Positions 36,662-45,959 of a DNA stretch of 64,000 bases are shown piece after piece. Every line of letters starts with the position of its first letter. The first letter of the stretch is position 1. The notes below the pieces were generated by a model. The model was not told where the DNA came from. It did not search any database and saw nothing but the letters and a program-made list of their open reading frames with translations. Origin of the DNA: Chloroflexota bacterium (lineage in GTDB: Bacteria > Chloroflexota > Anaerolineae > UBA7937 > B3-Chlor); the NCBI GenBank assembly GCA_030613785.1, contig JAUWLF010000010.1, forward strand, positions 2,028 through 66,027, in the 5' to 3' direction. Both the position numbers and the translations under genes were made by a program.

Positions 36662-37312
36662 GTGAGAGGCCAAAAGAAGATCGATCGGGAACTGGATGCC
36701 AAACTGGAGCCCTACCTGCAAGGCAGACCACTGGTGGTCGTGATCTCGGGTCTCTCTGGAGTGGGCAAGGACGCCGTCCTTGACGGGATCGAGGAACGCA
36801 GGCATCCCTTCCACCGCGTGGTCACAGTCACCACACGCGCCCCACGAGCCGATGAGCAAGACGGCGTGCACTACCATTTCGTCTCCGAGGATGAGTACAG
36901 GCGGATGCTCGAGAGAGGAGAGCTTCTCGAGAACGCCGAGGTGTACGGCAGACTTTATGGTGTCCCAGAACAAGAAATAAGGGAGCCCCTGTCTAGGGGT
37001 CAGGATGTCTTCCTGCGCACAGATGTCCAGGGAGCGGAGGCCATCAAAGAGAAGATGCCACAGGTGGTGCTGATCTTCCTCATCGCGGCCTCGATGGAAG
37101 AACTCAGGAAACGGTTGATCAACCGTGGTAAGGACTCGCCGCAGGAGATCGAGAAACGGCTGAGAGATGTGCCGGCGGAGATCGCACGCCTGCCCAGATT
37201 CGACTATGTGGTGGTGAATCGCGATAGCCGGCTAGATGAAACGGTGGAACAGGTCATAGACATCATCAGCGCCGAGAAGCGTCGCACCACTAGGCTACGC
37301 AACCGCATCTGA
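36662..37312 (+). CDS. gmk: guanylate kinase
   Basis: VVISGLSGVGKDAV, TTRAPRADEQDGVHYHFVS and YGRLYGVP. The ORF track start at 36593 (GTG) overlaps remA. The GTG at 36662 gives a typical ~216-aa product. The start remains uncertain. Confidence 0.9.
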   Translation: MRGQKKIDRELDAKLEPYLQGRPLVVVISGLSGVGKDAVLDGIEERRHPFHRVVTVTTRAPRADEQDGVHYHFVSEDEYRRMLERGELLENAEVYGRLYGVPEQEIREPLSRGQDVFLRTDVQGAEAIKEKMPQVVLIFLIAASMEELRKRLINRGKDSPQEIEKRLRDVPAEIARLPRFDYVVVNRDSRLDETVEQVIDIISAEKRRTTRLRNRI

Positions 37313-37472
37313 GACACCCACGGAGAGTGCGTGCGGACTTGGGCTGCAGCATGTTGCCCTCGCCATCGCACAAGAGGCGCCATGGCCTCGCTACCATCGA
37401 GTGGCAGGCAGCACATCACACCAGGCGACATCCTGGCGCAACCGCTTGATGTGGGGCCAAGGGGAGGAAACC

Positions 37473-38315
37473 ATGAAAGACGTTGATCCTAGCGAGATCA
37501 GGAGATCCGTGATCGCCGGGTCGTGGTATCCCGGCTCGGCCTCGGCACTGGCCAGCAAGATTGATGAGTTTATGGCCGCAGTCGATGAAGGCCCTCTGAA
37601 GGGCGAGTTGAAGGGACTGATCTCCCCTCATGCCGGATACTCTTACTCCGGGGGCGTGGCAGCCTACGCCTACAAGCAACTGGACGGCAAGAGCTACCCC
37701 ACGGTGGCAGTCGTCAGCCCCGTCCACCAGTACTACGGCGGCCGGTACCTCGTCACCAGCAACAGGTATTACGAGACCCCCTTCGGCCTGGTGGAGGTAG
37801 ATACCGACCTAGTGAGGAAGCTGGATGGCGAAGTTGGGCTGACCTTCTTGGAACAGGATGCGGAGCACTCATTGGAGATCCAGCTCCCGTTCCTACAGCG
37901 CACGCTGGGCGACTTCAAGGTGCTGCCAGTGATGATGGGCGAACAGAGTCTCGGGGCCTGCAAGCAGTTGAGCGCAGCTCTGACAAAGGTGTTGGGAGGG
38001 AAGGAAGCACTGCTTGTGGCCAGTTCCGATCTGGCCCACCTCCACGACTATCACGAGGTGGTCCATCACGACCGCCACGTGCAGAGGTTCGTCAACGACT
38101 TCGATCCCGAGGGCCTGGCGGCGAGTCTGGCGAAGAATGAGGCCCAGGCCTGCGGCGGCGGCCCCATCGTCACCGTCATGCTGACCGCCAAAGACCGGGG
38201 GGCGAACAGGGCCAAGGTCCTCAAATACACCAACTCGGGCGAAGTAACGGGGGATAAGATGCCCGGGAAATACACCGTCGGCTATCTCGCCGGGACGATC
38301 TACAAGGCGGCATAG
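37473..38315 (+). CDS. AmmeMemoRadiSam system protein B (MEMO1 family)
   Basis: IRRSVIAGSWYPG...LISPHAGYSYSGGVAAYAY...SSDLAH. The ATG at 37473 follows GGGGAGGA. Confidence 0.9.
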   Translation: MKDVDPSEIRRSVIAGSWYPGSASALASKIDEFMAAVDEGPLKGELKGLISPHAGYSYSGGVAAYAYKQLDGKSYPTVAVVSPVHQYYGGRYLVTSNRYYETPFGLVEVDTDLVRKLDGEVGLTFLEQDAEHSLEIQLPFLQRTLGDFKVLPVMMGEQSLGACKQLSAALTKVLGGKEALLVASSDLAHLHDYHEVVHHDRHVQRFVNDFDPEGLAASLAKNEAQACGGGPIVTVMLTAKDRGANRAKVLKYTNSGEVTGDKMPGKYTVGYLAGTIYKAA

Positions 38316-38470
38316 CAGGCGTCTCTCTTTAGAGCACCGGAGCTCAAGACGAGATCCCCACCTTTCTATCGCAGCAGCTGAACCTGGCCCCTGGCGTAGC
38401 CTGGAACCTCGATAGGCGGTGGACCGGTCTTCAAGGCGGTATGATCTTCGTTCTTGGGACGGACCGGGGC

Positions 38471-39628
38471 TCAAACAGTGGGGCCGATAGTGTGGATAGC
38501 GAACTCGCAGTGGCCCAGAACCTCCGCCTTGGTCAACCTCCCCGATGCCACCTCAATGATTTCGTTGAATATGCGCTCACCCATGCTTTCCAGAGATTCT
38601 TCGCCGTCCAGAATCGCTCCCGCGTTCAGGTCTATGTTGTCCTGCCACCGATGACAAATGGAACTGTTCGACGACACTTTGATCACGGGGGCGATGGGTG
38701 AACCAACTGGTGTTCCTAGACCGGTGGTGAACACGACTACCTGAGCCCCAGCCGCTATCATTCCTGTGACACTCACCACATCGTGGGCTGGTCCATCCAT
38801 AATCACCAGTCCCTTTTGCGACGGTCTTTCAGCGTAGTCAACCACCTGCACAATATCGGAAGTGCCACCCTTGCGAATGGCACCCAGTGATTTCTCCGCG
38901 AGAGTGGTTAGCCCACCCTCGATGTTCCCTGGGCCTGGCTCAGCCTCACGAATATCCAGACCCATCGCCTTCACCCTAGACTCGGTCTCCGAGGTTATCC
39001 CCCAAATGCGCTCTCTCACCTCATCATTGGCAGCCCTTCGCACCAGCACATGCTCAGCCCCCAGCATCTCTGGAGTCTCTGTGAAGATCGCGGTCCCACC
39101 TTCCGTCACCAGCAGATCGCAGGCGACTCCCGTGGCAGGGTTGGCCGTGAGCCCCGACAGTGTGTCCGACGCGCCACATTTGACGCCTACCATTAGTTCA
39201 GAGACATCAGCCATCTCGCGTTGAGCACCTTCCGCCTCCTTCAACAGCTTCTCGGCCAAGTGCTTTCCCTTGGCCACAGCATCCGCCGTGCCCTCCATGG
39301 CCTGCATGGTGATGGTCTCCACCCTCTGTCCGGCTTCACGCAGCTTCTCACCAAGCAATGCCGGGGTCAGCATCTCACAGCCCAGCCCTACCAACAGGAC
39401 ACCAGCCACATTGGGGTTGCCGCAAAAACCAGTCATGGCTCGAATCATGTGCTCCTTCTCATCGCCAAGGTGACCGCAACCGTGCTGGTGAGTGACATAA
39501 ATGGTGCCTGGCATCTCGTTGTTTATCACTCGAGCCACAGCGGACGCACAAATCACCGTAGGGAAAACCAGGACATGATTTCGCACGCCAACACTGCCGT
39601 TGCTCCTACGATACCCCCAAAACTTCAC
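38471..39628 (-). CDS. UxaA-family (altronate/galactarate) dehydratase, large catalytic subunit
   Basis: FWGYRRSNGSVGVRNHVLVFPTVICAS...HQHGCG...LLVGLGCE is typical of the UxaA/GarD C-terminal domain. Confidence 0.9.
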   Translation of the reverse strand: MKFWGYRRSNGSVGVRNHVLVFPTVICASAVARVINNEMPGTIYVTHQHGCGHLGDEKEHMIRAMTGFCGNPNVAGVLLVGLGCEMLTPALLGEKLREAGQRVETITMQAMEGTADAVAKGKHLAEKLLKEAEGAQREMADVSELMVGVKCGASDTLSGLTANPATGVACDLLVTEGGTAIFTETPEMLGAEHVLVRRAANDEVRERIWGITSETESRVKAMGLDIREAEPGPGNIEGGLTTLAEKSLGAIRKGGTSDIVQVVDYAERPSQKGLVIMDGPAHDVVSVTGMIAAGAQVVVFTTGLGTPVGSPIAPVIKVSSNSSICHRWQDNIDLNAGAILDGEESLESMGERIFNEIIEVASGRLTKAEVLGHCEFAIHTIGPTV

Positions 39629-39915
39629 TCCTTGTCCCCCCTGTCTTTCGGCCCCTCGACGTTGTGGACGTGAGTATGCTCGCCCTTCAGGATCTTCTTT
39701 GTCGCTAGGCCCATGATCTCACCGTACTTCACAATCGGCTCGCTCGGCTGCACATCCGAGAGCGCAAATTTGTGACCGAAGGGAATAGTCTGTAACAGCG
39801 TCACTTCAACTGCGTCATCGCCAATCTCAACTCGGATGGAACGCCCCTCTTCAAGCTGCCGCAACGCTGTGGCTACATTGTCCTTCTTGTCGATCACAAT
39901 GGCACTTTGCGACAT
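39625..39915 (-). CDS. UxaA-family dehydratase, small SAF-domain subunit
   Basis: VIDKKDNVATAL...IPFGHKFALSDV...IVKYGEIMGLATKKILKGEHTHVHN. It overlaps the large subunit by 4 nt. Confidence 0.85.
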   Translation of the reverse strand: MSQSAIVIDKKDNVATALRQLEEGRSIRVEIGDDAVEVTLLQTIPFGHKFALSDVQPSEPIVKYGEIMGLATKKILKGEHTHVHNVEGPKDRGDKE

Positions 39916-40000
39916 GAGCTACTGCTCCTTCCTAACCATACCACAGACTCGCACGGGTAGCTGCAACCCCGTCGGCCCTCGAACAGCCACCCCGGGTGGT

Positions 40001-40156
40001 CTAGTCCGGGTCCTTTCCTCTCTTCACAGAACTCCGGGGACCATGCGTGCCGTGTCGCATACCCCGGATTAGTCTGGGAACCCTCCCCAGGCCAAAGATC
40101 AGCAGCACGATCGCCAAGATGACGAGCAACTCTGGCACACTGATAATGGGACACAT
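40001..40156 (-). CDS. tatA: twin-arginine translocase TatA/E family protein
   Basis: The ATG at 40156 follows GGGGGAG. MCPIISVPELLVILAIVLLIFGLGRVPRLIRGM has the TatA TM-FG-amphipathic helix layout. The ORF track start at 40192 is less likely. Confidence 0.6.
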   Translation of the reverse strand: MCPIISVPELLVILAIVLLIFGLGRVPRLIRGMRHGTHGPRSSVKRGKDPD

Positions 40157-40225
40157 ATGGTTTCTCCCCCTACGTGCCCGCGTGGTAGCCAAGTGGTGCG
40201 TGCCTTACCGGCTGACATCTTCGTT

Positions 40226-40606
40226 TCACCCTCGCGTCCTCATCCTAGGATCAAGCGCGTCACGCAAGCCGTCACCCAGGAAATTGATGCTCAGAACCGT
40301 TGTGATGATGGTCATGGCCGGAACAACGACCAGCCACCACGCATCCCTGATGTAGCCCCTGGCGTCGCTGAGATCGCGACCCCAACTGGGCATCGGTGGC
40401 GGAACTCCCAATCCAAGAAAGCTGAGAGTTGCCTCTGCGATGATGGCAGACGAGAAGCCAATAGTGACCTGGACAACGATGACCCCAATCATGTTGGGAA
40501 GGATGTGGCGAAAGATGATCTTGGCATCACTGGCTCCATAGCTGTGCGCCGCCATGACGAACACTTCTTCTCTTAGCGACAGGGTGCTTCCTCTGACTAA
40601 GGGATC
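40226..40606 (-). pseudogene. 5'-truncated ABC (Opp/Dpp-type) permease remnant
   Basis: Only the last ~125 residues of a ~300-aa OppC/DppC-like permease are present: DPLVRGSTLSLREEVFVMAAHSYGASDAKIIFRHILPN...FLGLG...INFLGDGLRDALDPR. The frame is closed by a stop at 40622-40624 and the similarity runs into the 3' end of the upstream gene. Confidence 0.7.
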
Positions 40607-41559
40607 TCGCCCAGAAGAATCTCAATCAGCTTCCCTGTGTCGATATTCCCTCCTGAAACTACACACACCACTTTGCCATCGCCAGCCTTGCCAGCGAGGG
40701 CAGCAGCCACCGGTGCCGCCCCTGCACCCTCGGCCAGCACCCTGTTCCGCTCAAGCAGCACTCTGATCGCGTCTGCAATGTCCTCCAAGCTCACGACCAA
40801 TGAGCCGTCAAGCAATTGACTGACCAGCGGCCACATCTCTGGGATGAGGAATGGAGCGCCCATGCCGTCCACGAAACTGGCGTGGTACTCCACCTCTACC
40901 GGCTGACCAGCAGCCAGAGAGGGAGCCAGGGGTGCGGCTGTGTCTACCTCAACGGCGTACACCTTCACCTCGGATTTCAAGGGACGCAATGCTGAAGCGA
41001 TTCCGCAACTCAACCCGCCTCCACCGTATGGGACAACCACCACGTCCACATCTGGCAACTGCTCGAAGATCTCCAAGCCGATTGTCCCGTGGCCGGCGAT
41101 CACGGCCCTGTTGGTCACAGGATGGATGAAGAACCCCTCCATGCCCTCGTAGCCATAGTCACGTAGAATCTGGAACCAGTCGGCCACGGGCACCTTGACA
41201 ATCTTGCCCCCCAGTCGCCTGATGGCGGCCAGTTTCGTTTCTGGAGCGTGATCGGGCGCCACGATGGTGCACTCCAGTCCCATCTCACGAGCGTACCACG
41301 CAACACCTTGCGCCATATTGCCAGCGCTGGCAGTCCACACACCCTGCTCAAGTTCTCTACTGTCGGCAAGTTGCAGGACATTGCCGGCTCCACGCAGTTT
41401 GAAGGAGCCGATGGGCTGAAGGTTCTCCAATTTCAAGTAGATCTCCGCCGGCGCGTGATCAACGTTGAGACGGAGAAGCGGGCTATGAGTGCCGACTCCA
41501 GCCAGCCGCTCATGGGCGGCGCGAATCTCATCCAGTGGTATCGGTTTGAGCTGTTGCAT
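40597..41559 (-). CDS. PLP-dependent threonine/serine dehydratase-like enzyme (tryptophan synthase beta fold)
   Basis: LKLENLQPIGSFKLRGAGN carries the PLP-Lys motif, and GGGGLSCG is the phosphate loop. The ATG at 41559 follows GGAGGTG; the ORF track start at 41658 is unlikely. Confidence 0.85.
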   Translation of the reverse strand: MQQLKPIPLDEIRAAHERLAGVGTHSPLLRLNVDHAPAEIYLKLENLQPIGSFKLRGAGNVLQLADSRELEQGVWTASAGNMAQGVAWYAREMGLECTIVAPDHAPETKLAAIRRLGGKIVKVPVADWFQILRDYGYEGMEGFFIHPVTNRAVIAGHGTIGLEIFEQLPDVDVVVVPYGGGGLSCGIASALRPLKSEVKVYAVEVDTAAPLAPSLAAGQPVEVEYHASFVDGMGAPFLIPEMWPLVSQLLDGSLVVSLEDIADAIRVLLERNRVLAEGAGAAPVAAALAGKAGDGKVVCVVSGGNIDTGKLIEILLGEIP

Positions 41560-41769
41560 AGCAAGCACCTCCGGGATCAGTCGAGTCAACCACGTGCACT
41601 CAGGCAATGAATCCGCAGTACAGGTCCTGCACTTCCTCCTGTCTGCCAGTCTTGCCATCTCTCATGCACAACAACCCTCGCTCTGGCACAATCCTAGTCA
41701 CCGAACACGGTGGAGCACGCGTCACCCCTCAGATCCAACCCATTGGCTCCACACCGTCAAGCTGAGGCG

Positions 41770-42756
41770 TCAGAACTGGAATTCGACGCCCAGCCCCATT
41801 TCCTGGGCCGTCCGATAGGTGTGCAATGCCGCCACGGCATCTTGGAATGCCAGACCAACGCTCTTGAACAGAGTTATCTGATCGTCGCTTTCACGGCCAG
41901 GCAACTTGCCGCTGATCACATCTGCCAGCCCGCCGTAGATGTCTGACTCCTTCAGAGCGCCTTCTTCCATTGGAATAAGGAGATCTCCCGCTTCAACCAG
42001 GCACGCTTCCACGGAATCGCAGACTATTCTCGATCGTACCATCGTCCTTGTGTCCATCTCTCTCACTGCCGGGGCGTGACTGCCAACATTGTTGATGTGA
42101 GTGCCGGGGCTTAGATCGTCTCCATCGAAGATTGGGCTAGGCGAAGTCGTAGCCGTCACCACGATGTCCGCTCCCACGAGAGCATCCTTGGCCGAATCTA
42201 CGACGAAGATGTTGTCCGGTATCGAGCCACGACCAGCCATTTCGCTGGCAAACGTCCCCGCTCGATCCCGGTCGAGGTCAAACACCCTGACCTCGTCGAT
42301 CTTCCTGACTGCGCACATCGCTTCCAGTTGCGTCCCGCCTTGGACTCCCGCTCCGAAGATCGCCACGACGTGAGCATCATCCCTGGCCAGGCATTTTGTG
42401 GCCACGCCGGAAGCAGCCCCGGTGCGGACGGCGGTCAGGTAGCCGGCATCCATGATTGACAGAGGGGCGCCCGTCTCTTGATCCAGCAGCGTGACCGTGC
42501 CAAGAATGGTGGGCAGGCCCTTCTTGGGGTTGTCCTTGAATGCCGTAACCGTCTTGATCGCGAGAGCTCCCATTCCGCCAACAAGGGCAGGCATGAAGCC
42601 GGCAAAGCCGCTATGCTCCGGAACAAGAATCACTGGTCTCTGGGGCATGTCCACGCGTCCCTCACCGAACTCGACAAAGCCTTGCTCCACGAGTCCGATC
42701 GCGTCTTCCATACTCAATGCCCGCTGTACATCCGCACCACTCAGTAATAGTGTCAT
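41770..42756 (-). CDS. ornithine cyclodeaminase / mu-crystallin family protein
   Basis: LLSGADVQRALSMEDAI...GRVDMPQRP...YLTAVRTGAASGVATKCLAR...IFGAGVQG. Confidence 0.9.
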   Translation of the reverse strand: MTLLLSGADVQRALSMEDAIGLVEQGFVEFGEGRVDMPQRPVILVPEHSGFAGFMPALVGGMGALAIKTVTAFKDNPKKGLPTILGTVTLLDQETGAPLSIMDAGYLTAVRTGAASGVATKCLARDDAHVVAIFGAGVQGGTQLEAMCAVRKIDEVRVFDLDRDRAGTFASEMAGRGSIPDNIFVVDSAKDALVGADIVVTATTSPSPIFDGDDLSPGTHINNVGSHAPAVREMDTRTMVRSRIVCDSVEACLVEAGDLLIPMEEGALKESDIYGGLADVISGKLPGRESDDQITLFKSVGLAFQDAVAALHTYRTAQEMGLGVEFQF

Positions 42757-42967
42757 CAGATCTCCTTCCAGATCTCTCGTGCGTGTCTACAACACCCGTA
42801 ACTTCGGGTCGAGAAGTTCCCGCAACCCACTCTCCACGGATGTCAGACCATCAGTTCTCCGCTGTTGATGTCTATCGTAGCTCCTGTGCGCGCATCGAGG
42901 ATGCAATACAAGCGCCTGGCTTGGGTTCCATGCACCAAGCACATGTTAGCATAGCATTCCCGGACGG

Positions 42968-43429
42968 TCAATCCCTCACCTTGACCATCATTTCGATCTC
43001 GATGCACGTGTTCATCGGTAGTTCGCTCACGCCAACGACTGACCGGGCGTGCCGGCCTCGCTCCCCTAAGACCTCCCCCAGTAGCTCCGACGCGCCGTTC
43101 AGCACCTGTGGCTGGCTGCTGAAGCCAGGTGCGCTGGCGATGAAGCCCACGACCTTCACTACGCGCTCAATCCTGTCCAGGTCCCCGATGTGCTGCTTGA
43201 TCACACTCAGCAGATTCAGCATAGTGCATCTGGCTGCTTCTTGGCCTTCTTCGACGGTAAGGTCGCCCCCCAGCTTCCCTACGTATTTGAGTTCTCCACC
43301 CACGAAGCAGCTCGAGCCCGATGTGTGGAGCATGCCGTCCACTTCCACCGCGGTCACGTACATACCCTTCGGAGTTGGTGGCTCAGGCAAAATGTAGCCT
43401 AGCTCGCGCAGTTTCTCTTCTACTAGCAT
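42968..43429 (-). CDS. RidA/YjgF-family reactive-intermediate deaminase-like protein
   Basis: LRELGYILPEPPTPKGMYV...LHTSG...ARSVVGVSELPMNTCIEIEMMVKV. The ATG at 43429 follows AGGGGG; the ORF track start is 43501. Confidence 0.85.
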   Translation of the reverse strand: MLVEEKLRELGYILPEPPTPKGMYVTAVEVDGMLHTSGSSCFVGGELKYVGKLGGDLTVEEGQEAARCTMLNLLSVIKQHIGDLDRIERVVKVVGFIASAPGFSSQPQVLNGASELLGEVLGERGRHARSVVGVSELPMNTCIEIEMMVKVRD

Positions 43430-43507
43430 CTCAAACCCCCTGTGTTTCTTCATAGCCCGCAGACCTATGCCGCGATCACTCATTCTTGGACTTCGCATCA
43501 CCTCAGT

Positions 43508-44641
43508 CTACTGCCTTCCAAGTACCGACTCCAGCACCGAAAGGAGATAGTCGATCTCCTCCTCTGTATTGAAGAAGTGTGGCGAGAATCGAAGTTCGTT
43601 CCCCGGGTTGATCGAGGCAACGATGCCGTGGTCGTTCAGAACCTGCTCTACCTTCTCCTCGTCATCAACCGCACAGCTCACGATTCCACTCCGTGGCCCA
43701 GCGGGGGTGAGCATCCTGAAACCTAGGTCGTTCAATCCTCTCCAGGTCTTCGCACTAAGCCGCAGCACCTGTTCTTCTATCCTGTCCATCCCAATGCTAT
43801 TGATGTACCCCAAAGCAGCCCTCAACTCGTATGAGCCCTGGAAGTGAACAGTCGCGGTTTCGAACTTCCTGGCACTCCTGTGGAACTCCCGCGGATAGAG
43901 ATGTGCGTCGTCCGCCCACGTCGTCACCTGGAGGAATCCCCCAAAGAGCGGGTCAAGTTGAGGCAGCAGTTCTTCCTTGACATAGAAGAAGGCCAACCCC
44001 ATGGGACCAAGCAGCCACTTGTAGGTACCAGAGGCGAGGAAATCAATTCCGTGTCTCTTGACATCCACTTGAATGGCCCCCACAGCCTGGATGCCATCCA
44101 CGTGCAGATAGGCACCGTGGGCATGGGCGAGGTCAGCCAAACCCTTGACGTCGTACACGTAACCGTTGCGGTGGGAGACGTAGCTTATGCTGATGACCTT
44201 GGTCCTGCTATCCACAGCTCGCTCGAAATCGGCAAGCGTGACCGCGCCATCCGTGTTCTTCACAACTCGGTTCTCGACGCCTCTGCTCCTCTCCAGGTTG
44301 AGCCACACCACCGCATTTGACGGGAAGCTCAAATCATCCCACACCACGTTATCCCCTGGCTCCAGGTCAAGCGAGGTGGCGACGATGTTAGTCCCTTCGG
44401 TCGTGTTGCTGGTGATGGCAATCTCGCTGGGCTTGGCATTTATGAGTTCTGCAATTGTCGCCCGCACCTCATCGAGCACTTCTAGCCAGTCCCTCACACG
44501 CCCTGCGACACCTCGACTGCGCCTCTCGAGGAAATCCTTACCCGCCTCCACCACAGGTAGCGGATATGGACCATCGTAGGCGGTGTCCAGGTAGGTTAGT
44601 TCGCTCGTCACTGGGAAATTGGAACGTACCGTCGAATTCAC
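43508..44641 (-). CDS. class V aminotransferase / cysteine desulfurase-like PLP enzyme
   Basis: TYLDTAY...ISYVSHRNG...LHVDGIQAVG...ASGTYKWLLGPMG (PLP-Lys). The GTG at 44641 follows AGGAGG; the ORF track start is 44689. Confidence 0.85.
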   Translation of the reverse strand: MNSTVRSNFPVTSELTYLDTAYDGPYPLPVVEAGKDFLERRSRGVAGRVRDWLEVLDEVRATIAELINAKPSEIAITSNTTEGTNIVATSLDLEPGDNVVWDDLSFPSNAVVWLNLERSRGVENRVVKNTDGAVTLADFERAVDSRTKVISISYVSHRNGYVYDVKGLADLAHAHGAYLHVDGIQAVGAIQVDVKRHGIDFLASGTYKWLLGPMGLAFFYVKEELLPQLDPLFGGFLQVTTWADDAHLYPREFHRSARKFETATVHFQGSYELRAALGYINSIGMDRIEEQVLRLSAKTWRGLNDLGFRMLTPAGPRSGIVSCAVDDEEKVEQVLNDHGIVASINPGNELRFSPHFFNTEEEIDYLLSVLESVLGRQ

Positions 44642-44879
44642 AAGGCCTCCTGACTGATTCTCCCAAATTGCATCAGTGTCGCACCCCATTCACGGCTCTC
44701 GCCACAGCCTAACAGTCTAGCACCTGTCCAATATTGTGTCAACCCATGCTTGCCAATGTGCCTGGTGAGGATATGCAAGAAAGCCAGCAGCGACACTGCA
44801 AATCCCACCCTCCGCTGGATCTGTAATCCAGTGGCAGCCCAGCCTCCAGAAGCGTTTTTCAACACCCTCCCCGTGCGCT

Positions 44880-44908
44880 TTGACTTCTGGGCCGAGCTGT
44901 GCTAGAAT
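44880..44908 (+). promoter_or_regulatory. promoter TTGACT-17-TAGAAT upstream of the ECF operon leader
   Basis: Hexamers are at 44880-44885 and 44903-44908 with a 17-nt spacer. Confidence 0.5.
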
Positions 44909-44914
44909 ACAATG

Positions 44915-45076
44915 GCTGGGGACCGCAATGTCGGCCCTGAGCTCAGTTCATTTACATCCAATGCTCGCAGTCGCTTGGATCTTCAGGACCGAGACGGCAT
45001 TTGAGCCAAGAAGACGACTAGACACAGGTCGTTTTGGACGTCGAAGCCTCTCTGGTTGCTCCTGAGAGGCTTTTTG
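44915..45076 (+). promoter_or_regulatory. structured ~160-nt leader ending in an intrinsic terminator (riboswitch/attenuator or sRNA candidate)
   Basis: Hand-folded hairpins are GGGaCCG-caatgt-CGGCCC, ATCCAA-13 nt-TTGGAT, ACGAC-9 nt-GTCGT, and then the terminator. I found no match to the TPP, FMN, cobalamin, THF or preQ1 cores. Confidence 0.4.
45044..45076 (+). terminator. intrinsic terminator in the 5' leader, 32 nt upstream of ecfA1
   Basis: AAGCCTCTC, an 11-nt loop, GAGAGGCTT running into TTTTTGTATT. Confidence 0.6.
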
Positions 45077-45107
45077 TATTGCTCGCAACTGTCGGACACA
45101 ACATGTC

Positions 45108-45959
45108 GTGATGATCAGAATAGAGAACCTGCACCACGCCTATGACATTGGCCAGCCCAACGCGGTGGTGGCCCTACGGGGCATTGACCTGCTGATCAGA
45201 GAAGGCGAATACGTCGTCATCATCGGCCGAAACGGCTCAGGGAAGTCCACCCTGGCCAGGCACCTCAACGCCCTGCTGTTGCCCACCGAGGGCGATGTGT
45301 GGATCAACGACATCAACACGAAGGATGCCCGACACCTGAGAGAGATTCGCCACACAGTGGGCATGGTCTTTCAGGTGCCCGACAACCAATTGGTCGCTAC
45401 GGTGGTTGAGGAGGACGTTGCCTTCGGGCCGGAGAACATGGGGCTGCCCCACGCAGAGTTGAGGGAGCGAGTGGACGAGGCGTTGCGCCTGGTGGGTATG
45501 ACCCCTTATCGTACGAGGCCCCCACACATGCTGTCCGCAGGCCAGAAGCAGCGGGTAGCCATTGCAGGTATCATGGCTATGCAACCCAGGTGTCTGGTCC
45601 TCGACGAGGCTACGGCCATGTTGGACCCTCGGGGACGACGGGAGGTGCTGGATACCGTACGAGAACTTCATGGAAACGGCATCACCGTTCTGACCATCAC
45701 CCACTTCATGTCTGAAGCAGTGGAGGGCAATAGGGTCATCGTCATGGATCAGGGACGCATCGCCATGGATGGCCCTCCCCGGGAGATTTTCAGCCAGACA
45801 GAGAAGCTGCGAGACCTCGGATTAGACGTCCCCCCTCTGACTCAACTGGCCCAGCGACTGCACCGGCGCCACGCAGCCTTCTCAGGCTCCTTGCTCACCG
45901 TGGACGAGATAGTGGAGGAGCTGTGTCGCCTTCCCCAACCGGTCGAGGTAGTCGCATGA
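45108..45959 (+). CDS. ecfA1: energy-coupling factor transporter ATPase EcfA1
   Basis: GRNGSGKST, LSAGQKQRVAIAG, LVLDEAT, and the ECF-type C-terminal region. Confidence 0.9.
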   Translation: MMIRIENLHHAYDIGQPNAVVALRGIDLLIREGEYVVIIGRNGSGKSTLARHLNALLLPTEGDVWINDINTKDARHLREIRHTVGMVFQVPDNQLVATVVEEDVAFGPENMGLPHAELRERVDEALRLVGMTPYRTRPPHMLSAGQKQRVAIAGIMAMQPRCLVLDEATAMLDPRGRREVLDTVRELHGNGITVLTITHFMSEAVEGNRVIVMDQGRIAMDGPPREIFSQTEKLRDLGLDVPPLTQLAQRLHRRHAAFSGSLLTVDEIVEELCRLPQPVEVVA

